A stretch of DNA of 40,625 nucleotides, taken from assembly GCA_947454005.1 (NCBI GenBank), contig CANGMH010000003.1:1-40625 (forward strand), read 5' to 3'. Positions 8,889-17,610 of the stretch are shown piece after piece (the first letter of the stretch is position 1; every line of letters starts with the position of its first letter). The notes under the pieces were generated by a model. That model ran no database searches and had not been told where the DNA came from. It worked only from the letters and a program-made list of their open reading frames with translations. The stretch is from Verrucomicrobiota bacterium (lineage in GTDB: Bacteria; Verrucomicrobiota; Verrucomicrobiia; Limisphaerales; UBA9464). The translations under genes and the position numbers were made by a program.

Positions 8889-10217
8889 GTGAACGTGTCC
8901 GTCGAAACCCTGGGTCCCTGCAAGAAACTGCTCCGCGTCGAGGTGCCGGTCGAGAAGGTGAATGCCGCCTTCGACGAGCTCACCGGCGCGTTCCAGAAAC
9001 AGGCCCAACTCCCCGGCTTCCGCCCGGGCAAGGCGCCCAAGCATCTCATCGTGAAGTCCTACGAGGGCCGCATCAACGAGGAGACGCGCAAGAAGCTGTT
9101 CGAGGAATCCTACCGCCAGGCCGCCGCCGACCAGAAGCTCCGCGTGATCGTCACCATCGACGTCGAGGAGCAGTCCTTCGGCCGCGGCGTGCCGTTCGGC
9201 TACACGGTCACGCTCGAGCACGCGCCCGAGTTCGACCTACCCAACTACCAGGGCCTCGCCGCCAAGCGCGAGACCACCCTCGCCTCCGACGCCGACGTCG
9301 ACCGCGCGGTCAACATCCTCCGCGAGCAGCAGGTGAAGTACGACGACGTCACCCGCGCCGCGCAGACCGGCGACGCCGTGGTCGTCAACTACAAGGGCAC
9401 CTGCGAGGGCAAGCCGCTCACCGATTTCAACCCGGCCGCCAAGGGCCTCACCGAGAAGCAGAACACCTGGCTGCTCATCGCCGAGAACTCCTTCATCCCC
9501 GGCTTCACCGAGCAGCTCGTCGGCGCGAGCGCCGGCGACAAGAAGACGGTCACCATCGATTTCCAGAGCGAGTTCGTCATCAGCGAGGTCGCCGGCAAGA
9601 AGGGCGTCTTCGAGGTCGAGGTCACCGGCGTGAAGCAGAAGGTCCTGCCCGAGGTGAACGAGGACTTCGCCAAGAGCTTCGGAGCCCCCGACCTCCCCGG
9701 CCTGCTCCAGGGGATCCGCCGCGACCTGCAGAACGAGCTCGATTTCCGCCAGAAGCGCGCCGTCCGCGACCAGCTGCTCAAGCAGCTGCTCGACCAGGTC
9801 AGCTTCGAGCTGCCCGACAGCGTCGTCGCCAGCGAGACCAAGAACCTCGTCTACAACATCGTCAACGAGAACCAGCAGCGCGGCGTCGCCAAGGAGATCA
9901 TCGAGACCAAGAAGGACGAGATCTTCCAGAGCGCCCAGGCCAGCGCCAAGGACCGCGTGAAGGCCGCCTTCATCCTCAACCGCATCGCCGAGATCGAGAA
10001 GATCTCCGTCGACCAGCGCGAGATGTCGCAGCGCATCGTCGCCCTCGCCCAGCAGAACAACCAGACGCCCGAGAAGATGGTCAAGGTTCTCCAAGAACGG
10101 AACGCGTTCCCCGAGATCCAGCAGGACATCCTCACCGGCAAGGTCCTCGACCTGATCGAGCTCAAGGCGACCATCGCCGACGTCGCCCCGGCTCCCGCTC
10201 CCGCTCCGGCGGCCTGA
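8889..10217 (+). CDS. tig: Trigger factor
   Basis: GTG start at 8889 (MNVSVETLGPCKKLL), ribosome-binding signature PGFRPGKAP, FKBP-like domain (FIPGFTEQLVG), C-terminal chaperone domain, strongly biased codon usage. Confidence 0.96.
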   Translation: MNVSVETLGPCKKLLRVEVPVEKVNAAFDELTGAFQKQAQLPGFRPGKAPKHLIVKSYEGRINEETRKKLFEESYRQAAADQKLRVIVTIDVEEQSFGRGVPFGYTVTLEHAPEFDLPNYQGLAAKRETTLASDADVDRAVNILREQQVKYDDVTRAAQTGDAVVVNYKGTCEGKPLTDFNPAAKGLTEKQNTWLLIAENSFIPGFTEQLVGASAGDKKTVTIDFQSEFVISEVAGKKGVFEVEVTGVKQKVLPEVNEDFAKSFGAPDLPGLLQGIRRDLQNELDFRQKRAVRDQLLKQLLDQVSFELPDSVVASETKNLVYNIVNENQQRGVAKEIIETKKDEIFQSAQASAKDRVKAAFILNRIAEIEKISVDQREMSQRIVALAQQNNQTPEKMVKVLQERNAFPEIQQDILTGKVLDLIELKATIADVAPAPAPAPAA

Positions 10218-10244
10218 TCAGCGGATCTCCGGCATATTCCGAGC

Positions 10245-10279
10245 GACCAGGCGGCCAGCGATGGCCGCCTGGTCTATTT
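10245..10279 (+). terminator. Rho-independent terminator after tig
   Basis: GACCAGGCGGCCA-GCGA-TGGCCGCCTGGTC 13-bp perfect stem followed by TATTT. Confidence 0.75.
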
Positions 10280-10398
10280 CCGGCGACGGCACGCGGGCCG
10301 GCGGCGGATCCGTGGTAACTTCCGGCGGTCACGGGTGTCTTCATCGGCGGAACAAGCCGCCTTGCGATGCACCCCATCCGGGTCCAAGAGTCTGCCCC

Positions 10399-13092
10399 GT
10401 GACCACCTCCCGCGAACCCCTCACGCCGGACCGATGCCCGATCGGCCTCGCCCGGGCGTCGCGCTGGGTGCTCGGGCTCCTGGTCGCGGCCCCCGTAGCC
10501 GGCCGTGCCGCGGAACCCTCGGAGGCCCGCGACCTCCTGCTCAAGGGTGAGCACGCCAAGGTGGTCGAGATCGCGGCCAAGGCCCTCAAGGACCGCCAGC
10601 GCGACGAGGAATGGCCGCTGCTGCTCGGACGCGCCTTGCTGACGACCGGCCGCTATCCCGAGGCCCGCGCCGCGATGACCAACGCGCTGGCGAAGGACTC
10701 CGGCAGCATCCGCCTGCGCTGGCTCGCCCGCGAGGCGTTCCTCGCCGCCGGCGACGCCCGCGGCGCCGCCGCGGTGCTCGACGACATCAAGGACTCCGTC
10801 ACCTCGCGGGGCGGCGGCCTGCGCGATCCGGCGAGCATGGTCGCCTTCGGCCGCGCGGCGCTGCTGCTCGGGGCCGACCCCAAGATGGTCCTCGACAAGA
10901 TCTACGCCCCCGCCCAGAAGGCCGATCCCGACCTGCGCGACGTCTACCTCGCGCGCGGCGACCTCGCGCTGGAGAAGCACGACTTCGACCTCGCCGCCAA
11001 GGCCTTCGACGAAGGGGTCCGGAAACATCCCGAGGACCCCGACCTGCTCTTCGGGCTGGCCAAGGCCCACTCCACCGGCGAACGCGAGGTCATGGGCGAT
11101 TCCCTCGAGGCCGCTCTCAAGGCGGATCCCCGGCACATCCCCAGCCTCCTGCTCATCGCCGACAACCGCATCGACGCCGAGGACTACGAAGGCGCGGCCA
11201 AGCGCCTCGACGAGGTCGCCGCCGTCAACCCCTGGCAGCCCGATGCATGGGCCTATCGCGCCGTGCTCGCGCACCTGAAGAACGACACCCTCGCCGAGAC
11301 CGCCGCCCGCGCGTCCGCGCTCCGCTTCTGGACCGACAACCCGCGCGTCGACCACCTCATCGGCCTCAAGCTCTCGCAGAAATACCGCTTCGCCGAAGGC
11401 GCGGCGCACCAGCGCAAGGCCCTCGAGGCCGACCCGTCGTATCTCCCGGCGAAGGCGCAGCTCGCGAACGACCTGCTCCGCCTCGGCGACGAGGCCGAGG
11501 GATGGAAGCTCGCGCAGGAAGTGGAGCGCATCGACGGCTACGACGTGGCCGCCCACAACCTCGTGACGCTCCACGACACGATGACCAAGTACGTCGCGCT
11601 GACGAACGCCCACTTCGTCGTGCGCATCAGCAGCCACGAGGCGGAGGTGTACGGCCCGCGCGTGCTCGCGCTTTTGGAGCGCGCGCGGACGAACCTGTGC
11701 GCCAAGTACTCCATGGAGCTGGCGCTACCGACGCTGGTGGAGATCTTCGCGGAGCAGAAGGATTTCGGCGTCCGCACCTTCGGCATGCCCGACAACCCGG
11801 GCTACCTCGGCGTGTGCTTCGGCCGCGTCGTCACCGCCAACGGGCCGGCGGCGAACAAGACCGGCGCGGTCAACTGGGAGGCCGTCCTGTGGCACGAGTT
11901 CTGCCACGTGGTCACGCTCCAGAAGACCGCGAACCGCATGCCCCGCTGGCTGAGCGAGGGCATCTCGGTGTTCGAGGAGCTCCAGGCCGACGCGTCGTGG
12001 GGACAGCGCATGACGCCCCGCTACCGCTCGATGGTCCTCGGCGGCGAGCTCACCCCGGTCTCGAAGCTCAGCGGTGCCTTCCTCGCGCCGAAGACGCCGT
12101 TCCATCTCCAGTTCGCCTATTACGAATCGGCACTGGTCGTGGATTTCTTGGTCGGCAAGTTCGGCATCGGGGCGCTCAAGGACATCTTGGACGATCTCCG
12201 CGGCGGCGCGGACATCAACGCCGCGATCGCCAAGCACACGATGCCGATGGATCGCTTCGAGAAGGAGTTCGCCGCCTTCGCCACCGACAAGGCGAAGCAG
12301 CTCGCGCCGGGGTTGGAATGGGAGAAACCCGCGCCGACGGTCGCCGAGAAGCTGAAGCCGGAGGCGATCCTGTCGGAGTTGTTCCCGGGCGGGCCGCTCA
12401 AGCGCCAGGCCAAGGAACCGGCGCTCTCCGAGGCCGAGCTGGAGACGTGGGCGGCGGCGCGCCCCGACAATTTCTGGGCGCTCAACCAGGTCGCGCAACG
12501 CGCGGTCGCGGAGAAACGTTGGGCCGACGCCAAGGCCCCGTTGCAGAAGCTCGTCGAGAAGTATCCCGAGCAGGCCGGCGCCGACAGCGCGTATCCGTTG
12601 CTGGCGTCGGTCCACCGCGCGCTGGGCGAGACCGACGCGGAGCGCGAGGTGCTGATGCGCCATGCCGAACGCGACGACGAGGCCACCGCGACATACCTGC
12701 GCCTGATGGAGCTCGCATCCGCCGCGAAGGATTGGCCGACGGTGGCCCGCAGCGCGCAGCGCTTCCTCGCCATCAACCCGCTGGTCGCGCCGCCCTACCG
12801 CTATCTCGCCGAGGCCAGCGAAGCCGCCGGCGACGCTCCGGCCGCCATCGCCGCCTACGCGACACTGATCAAGCTCGACCCGCCGAACCCGTCCGACGTC
12901 CACTACCAGCTCGCACGGCTGTTGCGTCCGACCGACGTCGAAGCGTCGCGTCGCCACGTCCTGCAGGCGCTCGAGGACGCTCCACGCAACGGCGCCGCGC
13001 TGCGGTTGCTGCTCACGCTGCCGACCAACTCCGTTCCGGCGGCGGCCCCCACGCCCGGAGGCAGGACCAAGCCGAGATCCATCGTCTTCTGA
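10399..13092 (+). CDS. Exported TPR-repeat protein with central peptidase MA-like (gluzincin) domain
   Basis: Signal-like segment WVLGLLVAAPVAGRA and N- and C-terminal TPR-like helical repeats. HEFCH followed 16 residues later by WLSEG, then AYYES. Start (GTG 10399) is uncertain. Confidence 0.8.
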   Translation: MTTSREPLTPDRCPIGLARASRWVLGLLVAAPVAGRAAEPSEARDLLLKGEHAKVVEIAAKALKDRQRDEEWPLLLGRALLTTGRYPEARAAMTNALAKDSGSIRLRWLAREAFLAAGDARGAAAVLDDIKDSVTSRGGGLRDPASMVAFGRAALLLGADPKMVLDKIYAPAQKADPDLRDVYLARGDLALEKHDFDLAAKAFDEGVRKHPEDPDLLFGLAKAHSTGEREVMGDSLEAALKADPRHIPSLLLIADNRIDAEDYEGAAKRLDEVAAVNPWQPDAWAYRAVLAHLKNDTLAETAARASALRFWTDNPRVDHLIGLKLSQKYRFAEGAAHQRKALEADPSYLPAKAQLANDLLRLGDEAEGWKLAQEVERIDGYDVAAHNLVTLHDTMTKYVALTNAHFVVRISSHEAEVYGPRVLALLERARTNLCAKYSMELALPTLVEIFAEQKDFGVRTFGMPDNPGYLGVCFGRVVTANGPAANKTGAVNWEAVLWHEFCHVVTLQKTANRMPRWLSEGISVFEELQADASWGQRMTPRYRSMVLGGELTPVSKLSGAFLAPKTPFHLQFAYYESALVVDFLVGKFGIGALKDILDDLRGGADINAAIAKHTMPMDRFEKEFAAFATDKAKQLAPGLEWEKPAPTVAEKLKPEAILSELFPGGPLKRQAKEPALSEAELETWAAARPDNFWALNQVAQRAVAEKRWADAKAPLQKLVEKYPEQAGADSAYPLLASVHRALGETDAEREVLMRHAERDDEATATYLRLMELASAAKDWPTVARSAQRFLAINPLVAPPYRYLAEASEAAGDAPAAIAAYATLIKLDPPNPSDVHYQLARLLRPTDVEASRRHVLQALEDAPRNGAALRLLLTLPTNSVPAAAPTPGGRTKPRSIVF

Positions 13093-14096
13093 TGAAGCTG
13101 TCCGCCCTCATCGCTTCGATCGTCGGTCGCATCCGCAAAGCGGCGATGCCTCCGTCGGACGGGGGCGCGCTCCTGCACGACACGGTCCGGAGGCGCCGGG
13201 CGGTCGGGATCCTCGGCCTGCTGCTCGCCGGCGGACTCGTGTTCGCGCAGCGCGGAGGTGGAGGACGCGGCGGTCGCGGCGGCGGCGGCGGGTTCATGGG
13301 CGGAGGCGAGATCCAGGTGCCGGAGGACGTCCATACCGCGCGGGAAGTCGGCACGCGCAGCACCGGCACGCCGGTCTGGACCAACCCGCCCGCGTTCGGC
13401 CAGGACGTGTTCACCTTCGCCCGCATCCGCTACGACAAGAACCCGAACGGCCACCACTTCCGCGGCGGCGGCGGCTGGACCACCGACCTGCCCGACGCCG
13501 ATCTCAACCTGCCGTATCGCGTCCAACAGATGACCTCGATCCGGACGGACGCCGATGGACGCCTCATCCACCTCACCGATCCGGACCTGGTCCGCTATCC
13601 GTTCCTGTTCCTCTCGGCCGCCGGCAACCTCTACCTCACCGCCCCCGAGACCGAGGCGCTGAGGAAGCACCTGCTCAACGGCGGATTCCTGCTGATGGAC
13701 GATTTCTGGGGCGACAGCGAATGGGCCAACGCCGAGAACGTGTTCAAGGAGGTCTTCCCGGACCGGCACTTCATCGAGCTGCCGCTGGACCATCCGCTCT
13801 ACCACAGCGTCTTCGAGATCAAGGCGAAATACCAGAACGCGAACTCCATGCTCGGCGTCCGCAGCGAGCAGACCGGCGTGACCTGGGAGGACAACCATGA
13901 CGGCGACGTCCGCACCGTCCACCACCGCGCCATCCTAGACGACAAGGGCCGCCTGATGGTCCTCGCCCTGCACAACACGGACACCGCCGACGGTTGGGAA
14001 CGCGAGGGCGAGAACGACTACTACTTCCACAACTTCTCCGAGAAGATCGCGTTCCCTCTCGGCATCAACATCATCTACCACGTGATGACGCATTGA
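13092..14096 (+). CDS. DUF4159 domain protein (paralogue 1)
   Basis: ATG overlaps the upstream TGA. Motifs FTFARIRY, WTTDLPDADLN, YPFLF, NGGFLLMDDFWG, DHPLYH, HNTD.ADGWERE and LGINIIY; N-terminal hydrophobic signal-like segment. Confidence 0.85.
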   Translation: MKLSALIASIVGRIRKAAMPPSDGGALLHDTVRRRRAVGILGLLLAGGLVFAQRGGGGRGGRGGGGGFMGGGEIQVPEDVHTAREVGTRSTGTPVWTNPPAFGQDVFTFARIRYDKNPNGHHFRGGGGWTTDLPDADLNLPYRVQQMTSIRTDADGRLIHLTDPDLVRYPFLFLSAAGNLYLTAPETEALRKHLLNGGFLLMDDFWGDSEWANAENVFKEVFPDRHFIELPLDHPLYHSVFEIKAKYQNANSMLGVRSEQTGVTWEDNHDGDVRTVHHRAILDDKGRLMVLALHNTDTADGWEREGENDYYFHNFSEKIAFPLGINIIYHVMTH

Positions 14097-14111
14097 CCGG
14101 GATCTCCTCCG

Positions 14112-15137
14112 ATGGACACGCCCTTCTCACATTCGCCGGACCGCGCCACGAAGGCGCCGGAACCGTCGTCGGTGGCGGGCAAGCTCCGGGGGATCATAAG
14201 GCGGCTCGCCGCGGCGTCGCCTTGGAGGACCCGAGGGTCCGCCCTCCCGAGGAGGTGGGACGCACTCCCGCCACTGGGATCCCGCTTCGTGCTGGTCGTC
14301 GTCTGCATCTCCTTCAGCTTCCTCGTGCTCGGCCAACGACGGTTCCGGGGCGGCTGGGGAGAGACCTTCATCGGCGAGACCGAGCGCACGGCCCGCGAGG
14401 TCAGATCGCACAGCACCGGCACGCCCGTCTGGACCAACCCGCCCGCCTTCTCGACCGATGTCTTCACCTTCGCCCGCATCCGCCGCGACAGCGGCGGGTT
14501 CAGCCGCGGCGCGCCTTGGTCGACCGACGCCCCGGACAGCGATCTCAACCTCTCCTACCGGCTCCAGCAGATGACCTCGATGAAGGTCGATCCAGACGGT
14601 CGATTCCTCCGGCTCACCGACCCCGATCTTCCCCGCTATCCGTTCATCTACATGGTCGAACCCGGCAGCCTCTACCTGAGCGAGCCCGAGATCGCCGCGC
14701 TGAGGAAGTACCTGCTCAACGGCGGGTTCCTCATGCTCGACGACTTCTGGGGCGACAGCGAATGGGACAATGCCGAGGACGTGCTCAAGCGCGTGCTGCC
14801 CGAACGCAGCTTCGTCGAGTTGTCCCTCGATCACCCGGTCTACCACGGCGTGTTCGAGATCAAGTCCAAGGGACAGGTCCCCAATATCCGCACCGGCGAG
14901 ATGAGCCAGTACACCGGCGTCACCTACGAGGAGAACCACGACGGCGACACCCGGACCGTCCATCACCGCGCCATCTTCGACGAGAAGGGCCGCATGATGG
15001 TCATCGCCACCCACAACACCGACAACGGCGACGGCTGGGAACGCGAAGGCGAGAGCGACTTCTTCTTCCGCAACTTCTCCGAGAAGATCTCCTATCCGCT
15101 CGGCATCAACATCATCTACTACGCGATGACCCACTGA
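14112..15137 (+). CDS. DUF4159 domain protein (paralogue 2)
   Basis: Same motifs as paralogue 1 (FTFARI, YPFIYMVEPG, NGGFLMLDDFWG, HNTDNGDGWERE, LGINIIYYAMTH). Confidence 0.85.
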   Translation: MDTPFSHSPDRATKAPEPSSVAGKLRGIIRRLAAASPWRTRGSALPRRWDALPPLGSRFVLVVVCISFSFLVLGQRRFRGGWGETFIGETERTAREVRSHSTGTPVWTNPPAFSTDVFTFARIRRDSGGFSRGAPWSTDAPDSDLNLSYRLQQMTSMKVDPDGRFLRLTDPDLPRYPFIYMVEPGSLYLSEPEIAALRKYLLNGGFLMLDDFWGDSEWDNAEDVLKRVLPERSFVELSLDHPVYHGVFEIKSKGQVPNIRTGEMSQYTGVTYEENHDGDTRTVHHRAIFDEKGRMMVIATHNTDNGDGWEREGESDFFFRNFSEKISYPLGINIIYYAMTH

Positions 15138-16211
<1,074 letters not shown>

Positions 16212-16239
16212 AGGGGCCAGCTATTCTCCAAGAAGACAA

Positions 16240-16581
16240 ATGAGCGACGACAATCCGCGCCACCGTGAGTTCACCGGAGCGATGCTCAACATTTACCGTT
16301 GCGCATTAACCGAAGCTGGTTACCGCGCTTCACTCTTCTTCAACATGGTTAGCGACCAAGGCGGCTATCAGACAGCCATGACGCTTATCCATTCTTCGCG
16401 TCCCTCGGACGGATACACTGCGCTCCATCAGCGTCAACGGCTCGACCTTACCGTGGAAGCGTTGGTCCTTCGGCCCCAGTGGCACGACATCTTCACCGAC
16501 GACGACCGCCGAGCAGCTCATGACCGACTGGTTGAGTATGTGTACTCACTTCCAGCCGACTCTTGGCGCCCATCGACATGA
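16240..16581 (+). CDS. Small alpha-helical hypothetical protein, compositionally foreign insertion
   Basis: 113 aa, many A/T-ending codons (ATT, TTA, GCT, TCA) unlike its neighbours. Conserved-looking pattern F..AM..IY..A..EAGY.A..F..MV...GG..TA..L......SDGYTAL....[11 protein letters not shown]...W..IFT. Confidence 0.75.
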   Translation: MSDDNPRHREFTGAMLNIYRCALTEAGYRASLFFNMVSDQGGYQTAMTLIHSSRPSDGYTALHQRQRLDLTVEALVLRPQWHDIFTDDDRRAAHDRLVEYVYSLPADSWRPST

Positions 16582-16650
16582 TTTCGCTTTCAAATCAGCT
16601 AAGCCTCAACGCATCGCTGCGTCCTGAGCTGATTGCCCGCTAGTTCGATG
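16571..16650. repeat. Long imperfect inverted repeat at the 3' end of the inserted gene
   Basis: CATCGA(16571)/TCGATG(16645), AATCAGCT(16593)/AGCTGATT(16627) and ACGCA(16609)/TGCGT(16618), nested around loop TCGC. Confidence 0.55.
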
Positions 16651-17610
16651 ACCGCCCCCGCCTCCACCCCATCTCTGCCTTCCGCCTCGCTCATCAGCGC
16701 GCAGGCGCTGATGGGCATCCGCAACCTCGAGTTGCGGGCGCGCGCGGTGGTCGAGGGCTTCTGGAGCGGACTCCACCGCAGCCCGTACCACGGCTTCTCC
16801 GTGGAGTTCACCGAGTACCGCCAATACACGCCGGGCGATGATCCCCGGCATCTCGATTGGCGCGTCTTCGCGCGGAGCGACCGGTATTACATCAAGAAGT
16901 TCGAGGACGAGACCAACCTCCGCTGCCATCTCGTCGCGGACCAGAGCCGCTCGATGGATTTCGGCTCGATCGGCCACACCAAGGCCCGCTACGCCGCCAC
17001 GCTCGCCGCCACCCTCGCCTACTTCCTCCATCTCCAAGGCGACGCCGTGGGATTGCTCACCTTCGACGAACGCCTCCGCGACTATCTGCCGGCGCGCCAT
17101 CGTTCGAGCCATCTGCGCCAGATCATGCTCGCGCTGGAGAAACCCGCCGGCGGCGCGGCCACGGACCTCGCGGCGCCGCTCCGGCGGATCACCGAGCTGG
17201 TCCGCAAACGCGGGCTGGTCGCGCTCGTCTCCGATTTCCTCGCGCCGCTCGAAGGACTGGAGCGCAGCCTGACCGACCTCGCGGCCTGCCGGCACGAGGT
17301 CGTCGTCTTCCAGGTGCTCGACCCCGCCGAGCTCGGGCTGGTCTTCGACCAGGCCTCGATCTTCCGCGACGCCGAGACCGGACGCACCCTCTACGTCGAT
17401 CCGGCCGCCGCGCGGAAGGGCTACGTGCAGAAGCTCGAGGCGCACTGCGCGGAGCTCCGCCGCATCTGCGACAAACTCGGCATCACCTACCACCGGCTCG
17501 CGACGGACCAACCGCTGGAGCTCGCGCTCTTCGATTTCTTGCGGCAGCGCATGCACCGGGGGACCACGGCCCGGGCGGTGGCCGCAACCTCGGGGAACCT
17601 CCCAGCATGA
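16648..17610 (+). CDS. DUF58 domain protein (VWA-like MoxR partner)
   Basis: GLHRSPYHGFSVEFTEYRQYTPGDDPRHLDWRVFARSDRYYIKKFEDETN, MIDAS-like DQSRSM and VSDF. ATG at 16648 chosen as start. Confidence 0.93.
   Translation: MTAPASTPSLPSASLISAQALMGIRNLELRARAVVEGFWSGLHRSPYHGFSVEFTEYRQYTPGDDPRHLDWRVFARSDRYYIKKFEDETNLRCHLVADQSRSMDFGSIGHTKARYAATLAATLAYFLHLQGDAVGLLTFDERLRDYLPARHRSSHLRQIMLALEKPAGGAATDLAAPLRRITELVRKRGLVALVSDFLAPLEGLERSLTDLAACRHEVVVFQVLDPAELGLVFDQASIFRDAETGRTLYVDPAAARKGYVQKLEAHCAELRRICDKLGITYHRLATDQPLELALFDFLRQRMHRGTTARAVAATSGNLPA

Noticed and set aside
10185-10214. (GCTCCC)n repeat at the tig 3' end
   Set aside because: Encodes an ordinary Ala-Pro low-complexity tail.
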